Of a DNA stretch of 64,000 nt, positions 12,599 through 27,922 are shown piece by piece; the stretch's first letter is position 1, and each line of letters starts with the position of its first letter. This stretch comes from the human T2T-CHM13v2.0 reference genome, Homo sapiens. The position numbers and the translations under genes were made by a program. The stretch is taken from NCBI RefSeq assembly GCF_009914755.1, contig NC_060928.1, one strand, 5' to 3'. The notes below the pieces were generated by a model. It was not told where the DNA came from, ran no database searches, and worked only from the letters and a program-made list of their open reading frames with translations.

Positions 12599-12944
12599 TG
12601 TTATGGATTAAATAATGTCCTACCAAAAGACACTGAAGTCCTAACCCCCTGTACCTGTGAATGTGACTTTATTTGGAATTAGAGTCTTTACAGATGATCA
12701 AACTTGGATGAGGTCTTTAGAGTGGACTCTAATCTTACATGTCCACATTCTTTACATAAAGAGAAAATTTGGACACAGAGAGAGAAATTCACAGAAAGAG
12801 GACAATATGAGGACCTCAGGAGAAGAGAACTATCTACACCTTGATCTCCGAGCTAATCTCCAGAATTGTGAAACACTACATTTCTGTTGCTTAAGCCTCC
12901 CAGTTTGTGATACTTTGTTACAGCAGCCAAAGGAAATAGATACC
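12599..12944 (+). mobile_element. MLT1B/C MaLR solo LTR
   Basis: tgttatggattaaat...gaagtcctaacccc...ctgtgaatgtgactttatttgga...tactttgttacagcagcc. Confidence 0.85.
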
Positions 12945-13061
12945 CTATGATGTTTCCGTGGCTGGTTGTGAGATTGAATGTGATCTTATTTGAAAGGCCC
13001 TTCCTGGGTGCCTTCAAAGTTGACCCTGACTCTTTAGTGTCTCTTTAGTGTCTATCATTTC

Positions 13062-13372
13062 TTTTCTTTTTCTTTTCTTTTCTTTTTTTTTTTTTTTGAG
13101 ACAGAGTCTTGCTGTGTCACCCAGGCTGGAGTGCAGCAGTGCGATCTCGGCTCACCACAACCTCCGCCTCCCTGGTTCAGGCAGTTGTCTACCTCAGCCT
13201 CCCGAGCAGCTGGGATTATAGGCACCCGCCACCACACCTGGCTAATTTTTGCATTTTTAGTAGAGACTAGAGACATCTTTGCCAGGCTGGTCTTGAACTC
13301 CTGACCTTGTGATCCACCCACCTTGGCCTCTCAAAGTGCTGGGATTACAGGCATGAGCCACCACACCCAGCC
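13062..13372 (-). mobile_element. AluS (Sg/Sc-like)
   Basis: Full dimer; exact 17-bp TSD TTAGTGTCTATCATTTC (13045-13061, 13373-13389). Confidence 0.97.
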
Positions 13373-13549
13373 TTAGTGTCTATCATTTCAACACTTTGCT
13401 TGTCATAATTTAAAACAAAAAATCTTGCTTAAGTAATTATTTGTTTAAAGTCTACCCCCTCTACACACACATCAGAATGTTTGCTTTGTGAAGGTAAGAA
13501 CCCTGTCTGTCCTGTTTATCAAGAGAGGTAGGCGTAAAGTGCAAATAAT

Positions 13550-13850
13550 GACCAGGTGCAGTGGCTCATAGCTGTTAATTCCAGCACTTTGGGAAGCCAA
13601 GGCATGTGGATAACTTGAGGTCAGGAGTTCAAGACCAGCCTGGCTAACAGGACAAAACTCCTTCTCTACTATAAATACAAAAAAATTAGCCGAGTGCGGT
13701 GGTGTGTGCCTGTAATCCCAGCTATTTGGAGGCTGAGGCAGGAAAATAGCTTGAACCCAGAAGCGAAGGTTGCAGTGAGCTGAGATTGCACCACTGCATT
13801 CCAGCCTAGGCATCAGAGTGAGACCCTGCCTCCCCCAGCTCCTCCCCCCA
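13550..13850 (+). mobile_element. Alu (S or Jb), tail degenerated to C-rich sequence
   Basis: Full dimer; degenerate TSD aaagtgcaaataa / aaagtgccagtaa. Confidence 0.95.
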
Positions 13851-15443
13851 AAAAGTGCCAGTAACATGACCAGTAAGAAAGGTAGGGAAGGATGAAGGAA
13901 GAATGGAAGCACATTAAAAAAAAAATTAGCTGGAACTGGCTGCTTTTGTGAAAGTGCTTTAGAGTGAAGCATGTACCTACATTATTATTATTATTGACAA
14001 TGCCATCATAGTTGTTACATTTTTATTCAAAAGTGAATTCATTTATATGCCATTATATCCATATTTTGGAAACCAGTTGAAGAAATCTGCTGCCTCCCTG
14101 GAGATGTTTGCCCACAGTTATATTCCATCATCAACTGTAGATCCTTTTGATTTTGAAGCATACTGATTTCAGGATCTGCTAAAAATAAATATTTGCCTTA
14201 TTAATGTGCTTGCTCATTTACTAATTGCTTTTTTAATACCAGAGTCTTTTCCAGCTGGGGTTTATATAACCTTTATTGATCTCACTTTACTTCTAATTAC
14301 ATGTGTTCTTCATTTGTAGCTAAAAGTAACTCTTGTCATCATTCTTGTCAGATTTGATCCATGACACTTTAATTATTATAATTTCTTTTCCCTGCAATAG
14401 CAGCAAAAGTGTCCACATACATTTTTGTTAGGCCAATTCCTCATCCAAAGGAATGACAATTTGGATTTTAAACGAGCAGATTTTTAGTTGTGGTCCCTAT
14501 CTGTGCTCTTTAAAGCGCTGGGCTTCCTCCATTCCTTCCTTATTGGGGGCTGATCCATTTACTGCACTATCACTGTGCCATGCAAAGAGAAGCTGAGTTA
14601 GAGAGAAAAACCTCGGTTCAACCTGGAGACCTGCAATGTATTCCTGGTATTTCTGCTGTGGGCTGTTGAACAGGTCACTGAAGTTTTCTGACCTGTAGTT
14701 TCATCACCTTTGAGATGAACACTGAATCACCTGACTGAGAGCAACTCAACGGGAGTTGCTTTAGATGGAAACCCCAATAACATTCCACATGACATGAACG
14801 GCAGCATCCTCGGAAATGGCAGCCACTTACATTGTGTTGATTTCTTCTTTACGTAAATATTCTTTTACCTTATTTTTGATTCCTTGATGAAAGTAGGGGG
14901 CATGGGAAAGGCAGGGAAAGAGAGGAAGAGAAAGCAAGAGCAAGCCCTGCTCTGTTGCATCCTAAAGGTGCCTGGATCTTGATCAAGGGCTTTCCAAGCA
15001 AGAGTTCCCTCCTCAGCCCATGGGTGTGAAGACGTGGGTTTACCCTCTGGAGTTCCACAGAGTTGGTGGATATGTCCAGACAGAAAACTATTAATTAGTC
15101 CTGGTTAATAGGCTGGACTAGGGATCCTAATACATGAGAATTAACCCAGCAAAGTCACAGGATTCGTTCTCAGAAATGGGGATTATGGACCCCTTCATTC
15201 CAGACCTTGCCACCTCACAGGATGGAGAATGCTTTGACAACATCAAGAGCATCCAGTGAGGCAGGTGCCGTGTGGCCTGGAAAGAGAGAGAGCCTGGTCT
15301 GCAGAGGGTCCATTTCACTTCTCACCCTGGAATAGAGGGGAGGCAGTGCCACAGTCTTCCCCCTCCCTTGCTGTGGTATCAGATGGATGTCGCTTTGGGG
15401 GGAAGCAGGAAGTCAGTATGATTCTTGCACAGCTCAAGGCTGC

Positions 15444-15620
15444 TGTGTGTGTGTGTGATTGTGTGTGTGTGCATGTGTGTGAGTGTGCATGTATATGCAT
15501 GTGTGAGTGCGTGTGTATGCATGTGTATGTGCATGCATGTGTATGCATGTGTGAGTGAGTGTATGTGTGTATGTGTGCATTGTGTGTGTGCACGTGTGTG
15601 TGAGTGTGTGTGTTTGAGAG
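15444..15620. repeat. (TG)n/(TGCA/TGTA)n compound microsatellite
   Basis: About 170 bp of mostly alternating purine-pyrimidine. Confidence 0.95.
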
Positions 15621-17361
15621 AGTCTGGACATAGAGGGAATGAAGGGAAGGAGATTATGTTTTTAAACACTTCCTATATGCCAGGAACTATGGTGGAAACT
15701 GCTCTATTATTAGATGGTGGTGACTTTGATAAAAATTAGAAAGAAATTGTAATTCTTGGACAGCTGGAGATCACAGTGTGTGAGTGTGTGAGGGAGTGTG
15801 AGTGTTGGAGTGTGTGTGTGTTTTGGGGGGTGGGGAGGTGCAGAAAATAAAGCAAGACCTATGCATTAGAATTCCAGCTCTGCCACTAATCAGCTCAGAA
15901 ACCTCAGAATGAGCTATTTAGCTTCTCGCGTCCTTTGTCTCCTTATTTGGAAAAAGTGTGAGGGGAAAGAGAAGAGTCACATAATAAATGTTTGAGGAGT
16001 GGGCCTAATACATTGCGCTTAGAGGCGTGCAATTTGTATTAACACAGATTCTGTGGGACCCTCATGGCTCTTGGTACCGGAAACCTCGGGGGTGCATCGT
16101 TTGCCTTCCTTGCTCTAAATTGGAGTTGAAATTTCTGATTTTGGGGGGAGTCTTTCTGATGCTGGAGGGTGAGTGGAACCAGGTGGTACCTGAGGAGGAG
16201 GTCCGGTTTTGTGGGAAATGAGGAAACACCTTGCCTTAATACTTGCATCCCCTCAGCCAGTAAACACCTATTTCAGGCCAGCTCCACAGTGGCAGGACAC
16301 ACTCTCCAGCACTTCTGCTCACTTGCCTGCCTGCTGTTTCTCCTAGAAAGGAGAGTGTAGGGAGTTAAAAGCAGTAACAAAGTTGCCCCAGGAGACCTCC
16401 AAAACCTCCAGTGTCATTTTTTGTTTCTGTTTCAGACAATAGCACATGTGCTGCACAGCATTTCTCCTATCTGCCCCTTCAGTCTACTCTCCACCCTCTG
16501 CCCAGAAGCCTAAGGCCACCCAGCACATGTAGTCTCAATGAGCCTTTTGCTCCTGGCTTCTGAGGGGGACCCAGTTGACAGGAGGCATGAGGGTGGATGG
16601 GGCCAAGGATGATGGTGGGGGTCTCACTTGGCTTCCTTCTGCATGGTCATGATGGCTGAGTGTGTTAACCGGGGACTGCTTACTCTTCCTGTTAGACAGC
16701 ACTTTCTTTTCTCTGGGTCCTGAGATCGACCCCTCCCCTGGCTCACTCAAGCCTAAGAATGGCGAGGACCCTCCATACCACGCATGTCCTTGTGTGCTTT
16801 TCTCAAAACCTGCCCATCCCTTTGCAAATTGTTCCTTTCTTAAAGGCTCTGTGCATCCCCAGTTTGGGCGTGTCTGCTGTCTGTCATTGCCTTTGAGGGC
16901 CCTGACTGATGTACATGACTACCTGCCCCAAATACCTGTTCTCTTTCACAATGCAGAATTGTTGGATGGGAAGAGAACTCCCACTCAAGGACTTCCTTTT
17001 CGGGGCACCATGCCCCAAGGTGGGCCACACAGCCAGTTTGGGCCAATGGAAAGCGAGCATGTGAGGATCTCCCTGGCATTCTCATGCTTTCATCTCCTCC
17101 TAGGGGAATCCTGGAGGCTACTTCTTGAAGATGAGGTTATCACAAGATGCAGAAGGAGGCTGAATTCCTGAATCACTGCTCGAAGGAGAGCTGTCTGTCC
17201 TGGAAAATGAGTGAGACATAAGCGTATAATATGGAAATCCACTGTGCTTGGGCATGGTTCTGTCAGCCCACCCTGAGTCATAGAAAGAAGTCATTTTTAT
17301 TGTATCTATTGTATTTAGCTTTTTAAAGTACATCATTACTAAAATTGATGACACAACTTTA

Positions 17362-19632
<2,271 letters not shown>

Positions 19633-19685
19633 TTACAGATGAGGAAATGAAGACTCAGTAAGTTCCTCCTCTGAGTTCACACCAC

Positions 19686-20046
19686 CGTTCTGGGCTAAAT
19701 TGTGACCTCCAAATATTCATGTTGAAGTCCTTCTAACACCTCAGAAAGTGACTGTTTAGAGATAGGGTCTTTAAAGAGGTGATTCATGTTAAATGAAGTC
19801 ATTAGCTTGGGCTTTAATCCAATGACCAGGGTCCTCAGAAGAAGAGACGATTGGGATACAGATGCACACAGAGACTAGGTGCAACAGAGGGAGAAGAGAG
19901 CCACCTAGAAGCCCTCAGAAGAAAACAACCTGCCAACACCTTGACCTCAGACTTCTATTCTCCAGAACTGTGAGGAAATAAATTGCTGTTGTCCGAGCCA
20001 CTCATTCTGAGGCACTTTGCGATGCCAGCCCTAGCAAATGAATACA
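19686..20046 (+). mobile_element. MLT1B MaLR LTR inserted in a minus-strand MIR (19620-20090)
   Basis: gagatagggtctttaaagaggtgatt...cctgccaacaccttgacctcagacttc...ccctagcaaatgaataca. Confidence 0.85.
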
Positions 20047-20869
20047 GTGTCATGATCAGGATGGAGCCTGGAATGTCCCTGTCATCCAGAGCTACACACA
20101 ATTCCTGGAACACACTTGCAGCCTCAACCTTAGATCTTGTACTTTCCCAAGACAGCTGGTATGAACAAAAATTGCTAGATCAAATTATTAAGTGAGCTGG
20201 CATAGATTTTTGAGTGTCCCCATCTCCTTATATCAACTTGCTCCATTTCTCCATCAGCGCTCTTTCCAATTTACTGTTGGGTGAGATTTCAGGGTGACTT
20301 AATTTGGTCACCGTCTCCTCTCCCCCATTTGGCAGACGTGGGACTGTAGTTCCAAGACGCAAAATAATATTTCTGAGGTATCAGCTTGATGTCCTGTAAC
20401 TTCAGTGTACTGCAGGGGAAACTGGAACTCACAGAGGTTAAGTGGCTTGTCCATGGACACCAAGCACCAAGTCTTTTGACTTTGACATCACCTCTCAGCC
20501 CTTAAAGCATAAGCAGAGACAGATTGTTCTGCAAAGAATGACACCTCCTTGCAATGACTATGAATTATACAATATTTCTATATTAAAATGATTCTGTGCT
20601 CTTTAGAGAGAGGATGGAATTGATATTGAGTGATGAATGAACCCCTGCCAGATCCTAGTGATGTAAATGAGCTAGGTTTTAATATGCCAAAGAATACAGC
20701 AAAAGAACTGACAATCACATCCCCACAATGGGAGGGACCAGTGTTGGGGCAGGAGTCTAAGTGCGTTTGTTTCAGAAGCAGCTCAGCTTCTGAGTAGCAT
20801 TTGAATGAGTTTGGTGGCTTTCTTTGTTTCACTTTTAATACATCATTTTGATGATTTTCATTGGCATAA

Positions 20870-21060
20870 AAAGTCAGTGACGATTGGAGTCAAATAGCCT
20901 GGGGTTATTCTAATTGTGTAAACTTGGGCAAATACTTGAATCTCACTGGGACTTAATTTTCTCTTCAATAAAATGGGAATAGCAAAAGTAATTACACTAG
21001 AGGTTTGTTGAGACAATTAAGCATGTTAGTGCCTAGTACAGCATTTGAGATACCATACTT
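20870..21060 (+). mobile_element. MIR
   Basis: ttggagtcaaatagcctggg...cttgggcaaatacttgaatctc...taaaatgggaatag. Confidence 0.65.
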
Positions 21061-22639
21061 GATCCATTGATTTTAATTCCCCCTGCCCTAAACATCAATT
21101 TTTCTATCTACACAACATGCATAACACTTCAATTGTTTAACTCTCGAAACAGTTGTCAGGGTTAAGTTGGGTGACGTATGTGTAGGCAACTAAAGGGTTT
21201 TAAACTGTTATACACATATAAGGTTATAGCAGTTATTTTTTTCAGCAATTGTGTTCCAGAATTTGGCACATGAAAGTTGTTCAGTAAATGCTGATTGAAT
21301 TGAATTATGATAAATTGAACTCCCCTGCAAAAAATGTTATGATTTTATTGACCCAAGAAATGCACAAGTATTTTTCTGAATCAAAATGCTAAAGTTATTG
21401 GCAATTTGTATATTAAAGAAAGGAAGAAAAACAACCTGCATATGGACTTAATGTTACTATACCTACTAGAAATGACCAATTAACAATTTTTCCATAAAAT
21501 GTACAACTACAGATTGTCTGCAGAGCCACCATTTCCTGACATACGAATCATTGTACGGTCAAGGTTAAGTAAATAATTTTCATTTTCAAGATTATGTTGC
21601 TTTCAACAAAATTGCAACCATTTTAAGGAAAGCACACAGAAGACCATTTTTAAATGTTTCTGAAGGTGATGACAGAATGGCCTACAAGAGTTCCTGGCAC
21701 AGATTCTAATCATTTCCCCCATGAGATAGCACAGTAGTCAGATGAAAAACTGTGGCGGGTCTTAACTTTCAAAGTTAAAAAAAAAAAAAGAGTAAAAACA
21801 CGAAGGTTGCTTCTGTCCCAGATTAAGCAACATAATGGTAGAGAAATATCAGTTGCACTTTCCAAGATTCCTGGAAGAGCAAAATAACTTGGCCATATAG
21901 ATGTGTTACCTGTTTTACAGACTCTCAGTTCTTTTGCAAAATCCTTACACATGTAGATCAGATTATGGCTTATAACGGAATTTCGAAGATTAACGCATTT
22001 TATTCTTACACTAACAATGAAATGTTTCCATTTTCATTTGACAACTGAGAAAACTAAAGCCCAGAAATGTTTCTATGTGATGGATTAGACGTTCAAGCAT
22101 ATGTTTTTAATTTCCAAGCTCATGCTCTTTATGAGCTTGGGAATTAAAAAATTTATGATGCCATTATGCTACCAAAGAAGTCAATTAATATATAGTGTCT
22201 TATGCTTCCCACCCTTGGGTCTTTTCTCATGGGGCTCCTAACTTTGGGAAGAGAATTAAGCCTGAGGTAATGATTAGCATTCTGGTAAGTAATTAAGATC
22301 CAGGGACCAAGATTTTGGAAGATGGACTCTCTGACTTTTCTAAGAAAGCTGTTGTCCAATTGAAGTAATATTTTGTATTCTTCTATGAAGACATCATTAA
22401 GTTAAATTCATGTCAACAACTTTTTTTAAGACGTGGAGGCAAAGGGCAAGGCATTTTTACTTGTGTGTCTACTATGATCCCAGAGTGTGCTCGATATTAA
22501 GAGCATAGCAAAGAGAAAGGGACCTAGACTTAGACCTTGTCTGAACCCATTAAAGTCTGGATGAGGAGACTTGATTCTGGGCAGGAATCATCTCTGGAGT
22601 TTAAGGGGCAATAAAGCAAAACGCAGTAAAACGAAATGA

Positions 22640-22775
22640 AAAAAAAGCATATATTTTTAGCCCTCCTTTGACGATGTGAATTACTAGGTCTGGAGGAAGG
22701 TGCAGACATCTGTATTATTTAAATACAGATGTGTCCCCAGGGACACAAAGGATGACCAAGCTTGGTAAATGCTAG
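22640..22775. mobile_element. MER5-like hAT fragment
   Basis: taggtctggaggaaggtgcagacatctgtatt resembles the MER5A/B central region. Confidence 0.45.
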
Positions 22776-22817
22776 ACAATTAAAAAGAACATGGATTCTG
22801 AGCTTGGGTTCTAGTTC

Positions 22818-23320
22818 TGTTTCAGCCTGGGTTTCCTAGAAAGCTGAGCCTGAGACAAAGCTTACGTGTGAGGGCATTATTGGGACATGTGGTCTGAGGA
22901 AGCAGACAAGATAGACAAGAGTGAAGCAGAGAACGAAGGAGGAGCCAGTAGAAGATGCTCATGGGATGCTGACCACTGGCATGGGAACTGGTTGCCCAAT
23001 CCTGTATGACAATCTGAGAAGTCACATGGAATGAACCTTGGGACCACGTTCCTGGGAAAGAAAGGAGCAACCCTTTTGAGGGCCAGCTCCACGCACTTTC
23101 ATCAAAGTTACCCACAGCCTCATGGCCAGGTCACACAGGCAGGGCACCCCTAGACCACAGAGATGCCTGGGATAGAGGAGAAACTATCCAGTTTAGGCCT
23201 GATAGAGGTGCCATCAGTCTGCACCACCTTGAAGCTGGTCTGTGTGTATGCAGAACTGGTAACTGAGGCAGCTGCAGAAATGAAAAAGGATTAGAAGCAG
23301 TGCCTAATGGGTGCCTAATA
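22818..23320 (-). mobile_element. Old ERVL LTR (LTR16/LTR41-like)
   Basis: Antisense LTR end tgtttcagcctgggtttcctagaaagctgagcctgagacaaagcttacgtg; MIR pieces on both sides. Confidence 0.55.
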
Positions 23321-24179
23321 AAAACCTCACCTTGTATGCCTTCTCTGTGGCCGTAGACTTCTTACCTAAACCTACTCAGCCTCAGTTACTGTAGGGTCAA
23401 ACTAAGATTATACATACTTTCCAGGCAGGGTTGTTGAGTGGGTTAATCAGATATCACTTAGCTTAGCACAATGTCCAGCAAACACACGAGGAATGGAAAA
23501 ATGTGACCTTGCTTTCCTTTCCTTCTCCTTCCAAACACGCAGAGTTTTAAGTCTCTCTATGCAGTATGGCCTCCTCCAGTTCCCCACGGGGATCCTCTGT
23601 AAGATTCTCTCACTTCATCCATTGAAGAGAGAACATAAAACTCCAGATTTATCACAAGATGAAAGAGAGGCCCACAATCTGGAGCCAACAGCAACACAAA
23701 AAGTCACTGTGTTTGTTCTGCAGAGCAGACAGAGAGGCTTGATCTTCAAATAGTTTTTTTTCTTCAATCAGAAAGAAACAACACAGGATAAAAGCTGATT
23801 TTTTAAAAACATAAAGTGTTAGATCAAGTCTCAAATTTGTATACTCAAAGAAGAAAGATTAAAAAGACTCCCAGATGCTATGAGGGCCTCTGGTGCAAGA
23901 TAGATACATACATACATTAATTTTAGTTTCTATACATTTCAGATTGGGATGACAGTAAGTTTGCAGATAGCCATACACAGGTGGATATAGAAGCTTCTTG
24001 AGTTCAGAAATAAAGTCATGCTCTGAGTGCGAAAACAAATGTGTATTACCACTCAGACAGGGAAAATGATTAGCCAGCCACGGATGTGTTCCAAAGATTC
24101 ACTGAATAAAGGGGAGAAATAGGCAAGTCGCCAGGGAGAGTAGGGGCAATCTCAGGCAGGCAGAGCTTTGATGTAACCC

Positions 24180-24430
24180 ATTTATTCATTGAACCAAATC
24201 AGTGAGCCCATTGTTTCCAGCCATTTGCTAGGAGCTGGGGACACAGGTGAACCGGGTTGTGCCCATTGCCTTCCCAGATGACTGCTATGGTACCGACGTG
24301 GACAAGATGCTCGAGGATGTAGATGAAAGACCTTTATCTTATAGAGGTCAGGCAAGGCCTTGAGAGGAGGTGACATTGGAACTCAGTTGGAATGTTCTGG
24401 TATTTGCCTGGCACTGTGGGAGGGGAACGG
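24180..24430 (-). mobile_element. L2 3' end
   Basis: tttattcattgaaccaaatcagtgagccc...tgctaggagctggggacacaggtgaac. Confidence 0.7.
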
Positions 24431-25049
24431 GCTCATTCTATAAGCCCTTTTAAGAAGTTAAAAAGAAAAATCTCAAAGGGCTAAATTTAATTATTTGTAT
24501 ACTCCAGCCTGAAATGTTGGCTCTTATCCATTGAACAACAGATTTTTGAATCAGAAAAACCTACCTTCAGTCCCTTGCTGGTCTACTTCCTATTTGCCAT
24601 CTCTATGCCTGTATCGCACACAAAAAATTTGGAGCTCTGGAAGTTGAAATAACTTGCTCAAAATCAACCTCCCTGGATAGGTTTGAAGACGTAAAAAGCT
24701 AGGAGACATGAAGCCTTCCCCAAGACCTGTCGTGTGGTAAAGTCTCAGTATGTGGGACTGTTATTTTGTGTGAGGATGGATGAGGGTGAGCTCCACTGAA
24801 CCCTGGCCAAGGTGTGCCCTGCAAATAACCCCTCTGCCCTGTGCATCCAGCAGTCAAAAAAAGGGAAGGTCTGGACAAGGGAAGATGAGATTTCTGGTCT
24901 TGAGGGAAGGAGGTTCCAGTGAAAGGATAAAGATGGTTTATTCTGGGTCTTCAGGACTATAGCAAACCACCCATTCCCACTCTCCTTTGTCTCTGCTCCC
25001 ACTAAGCTTACACACCCAGCTTCTCGGGGCTCTTGGTTTCAGGAAAAGC

Positions 25050-25330
25050 AGAGCTCCGCTCCATGATAGCCCCACAAAAGCGTCCTTACTGAATGCGGCT
25101 CCCAGCCCACCATACCATCACTCTTTTTGCTTGCCATGTGTATTTTTTCTTCATGGTATTTAAGCCTCTTTAATATAATATTTTGTTTTTAATTTGTTCT
25201 TTTCATATGCCTTCCCACTAAAATGTAAGTTCTAGGAAGGCAAAAGCTTGTTTCCCTCCTGTTTTCCAAAACGTAATATGTTCTTAAAAATAACTATTGA
25301 ATGGATGTGTGAATGAATGATCAATGAACT
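25050..25330 (+). mobile_element. L2 3' end
   Basis: cccactaaaatgtaagttctaggaaggca...ttgaatggatgtgtgaatgaatga tail. Confidence 0.7.
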
Positions 25331-25429
25331 GAAGAGTACCATTAACTTGGAAGGGAAAACCCCAAAGGGTCAGCCCCTGTTTTGTCTTATTTATTTTACT
25401 GATTTTTACAAAGTTCATTTCATGTATTT

Positions 25430-25985
25430 CAGTCTCAAACTTGGTTAGTCTCTGACACTTCTCTCCTCCGACATCTCCACAGATAAGAAAACATTCTGTT
25501 GCCTCATTATTTCTGTTTTGTAATTACTTGTTCACATCTCCCTGTCTCTGCTGCTGGAATAATTGCTAAGCTGAGGCATGGTCATAACACGTGGACTGCT
25601 CTCTCTCTCCTTCGCGTTGGTCTTCACTGGTCTCCGTGCTGTAATCAGAAACATCTTTCAAAAACGAAGACCTGACTGTGCCAACCTATTCAAACTCTTT
25701 ACATGTTTTAGAAATTTTAAGATCTTCAACTTTTCCAGTTTCATTTTGTTCTTTGCATGTGTACCTTAGGCTCCGGCAGAAATGAACTCCTCACAGCTCT
25801 CTGCAGCTTCTCTCTAAGCAATGGTGTATGCATTGCATTGATTGCTGACTTCTATCTAGTTGTCTGTACCCTGTCTGATCCTTAAGCTTCTTGAACCCAA
25901 AGACTACACCTGTGAATTACACTGTATATCTACACCTACCAGAATCCTCAGCCCATGTAGGTGTCAATAAATATGTAAACAACAC
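25430..25985 (+). mobile_element. L2 fragments
   Basis: aacatctttcaaaaacgaagacctgactgtgcc; taagcttcttgaacccaaagact...taggtgtcaataaatatgt. Confidence 0.5.
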
Positions 25986-27094
25986 AGCTATTTTACCAAT
26001 CTCTCATTTGTTTGGTTAGAAAATTCCAGTCTTCTTGAAAATGATCACCTGAGAAAACAGTTTCCAAATGTAAATATTGAGGAGCTGACACTAAACCTTT
26101 GATGATCCCTCTAAGGTATAAGCACTTGGTAGAAATATTTCTAGTTGGTTATCAGTCTCCTTTTGGCCATTTCTGTCTCTCTCCTCTCTAACATCAATAT
26201 GTATTACAACAAGAAAACCAACCAGGAAAAGATCTACAGCTCAATAGAATGGTCTAAATGATGTGTTTCCCCTTTAACTGAAAAAAAGGAAAACAAAACA
26301 TTCAATTCTGCACTCTCCGTCAGTTCATCTGTTTCTTACAGGCCATCATGGTGACAGCTACCAAAAAGGTTGGCCATGAACAACACCTCCTGCTGCCCGG
26401 GAAAGACACATCGGTACGTGTCTGTGTCTAGAAACAGACAGGAGTTTAAGATAAAGCATATTTATCAAAAGTGCCGTGCAGCACAACAGATTGAGTGCCT
26501 ACAAACAGGTTGAACATGTACTTGTGTTTATTTTAAAGAATAGAAAAAGACCAAATGCTTCATTAATTGGTGGACTTGAGGATGTACATAAGAGATACAT
26601 GGAAGAAAGTAAAAACTGAGACTCAGTGGTAAGAAGAAAATTAATAACAACAACAATAAAAGATATGTTGCTCTGGGCTAAAACTGACGGAATTTTGTAG
26701 CAGTAAGGCACCTTGCAGATCACTGGATTCCAGGTGCAGGCTTTTGTAGATGTGAATAAGGAAACCCGGAGAAGTGAAGTCAGTTATCTAAGGTAGCATG
26801 GCAGGATGAGAAGGAAAACAGCTTAGAACCCAGCTTAGCCCACACAAATCAATCTTGATTTAGCTGCCTTTCTGGACCAATAGCCTCATTGTACATGAAA
26901 CCTCATTAACGCTCTCAAGGTCAACTAGTGGCGGCAGTCCAGATCTGGGCATCGAACCCCATTTTGGGTATTCTCCCAACAATTTCCTCTCCATATAATT
27001 TTTTCTTTTGTAGATCGAAGTACTTGATGTCTGGACCATGAACAAAGCACAATCAACTTTGCATGATCTACTCTAGAAAGGAAAAGGAAAGAGC

Positions 27095-27300
27095 ATGGAC
27101 TTGACAGTCCACTTGGATTTAAATTCCAATTCTGCCAAATACTGCCTATAAAACATGGGGCATGTTAGCCTCTTAAATTCAGTTATTGATTTCTTTTTCT
27201 GTACAATGATGGGAATAATCTTTACCACGAAGGGCCGTTTGTAAGATTGAAATGAAACTGTGTCTTTTGACTTTGGCACAGTACTTGCACATACCATTTT
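27095..27300 (+). mobile_element. MIR
   Basis: ggatttaaattccaattctgcc...gttttgtaag-like 3' part, ttggcacagtac. Confidence 0.65.
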
Positions 27301-27922
27301 TCACATAGTGTGCATACCAATTTTTCTCAGCAAACAAAGGGAATGAGACTTAGGGTAATGCACTGTTTTGAAATGTACCTTTGGCTACTACTTTAACATT
27401 ACCCAGTGACAGGTAGTTGCCAATTTTAAAATGATTAGAATTTATGCCACCAAATAAATACATTAAAAAATTCATAGGTAGCATTTAAAAGTGAATCTGG
27501 CAAAATGTGTTACTCTGAACAGAACATAGTGTGAAATCTCAGCAGAGTAAAATGTCAAAGCTCCTCAAGGAGCTACAGGACTTTGTAGGAAAAGCTCAAA
27601 ATCATATGTATTATACTGTAAATATATGGTATCCACTCACACACATATGTATGTGTGTGCATGCAATTTTATATGTATGTGTGCATATGTAGTACATATA
27701 TATATATATAGCTTTCATGTTTAAATGAACTGATTACATTTAAAGCTAACTTTTGCGAAGGAAGTTAGCATCTGAGGGATTTTATTTCCGTATCCTGTAG
27801 GATGATCTTGGGACAATTGAACATAATTTATTTCTTTCTCACTTTCTCAGAAGGTGGTTATGGTGAACAATTGGAAATCACAAAAGATCACATTACAGTT
27901 CTTGCCCCATATCTTCATAAAG

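Noticed and set aside
13472-13972. 166-aa ORF and similar ORFs at 13055, 32222, 57057 and 62035
   Set aside because: Typical Alu-derived translations ([17 protein letters not shown]).
15256-15739. His/Thr- and Cys/Val-rich ORFs (also near 33000 and 57700)
   Set aside because: Translations of dinucleotide microsatellites.
16662-17171. 169-aa ORF
   Set aside because: Non-ATG start, no homology recognised, no supporting splice pattern.
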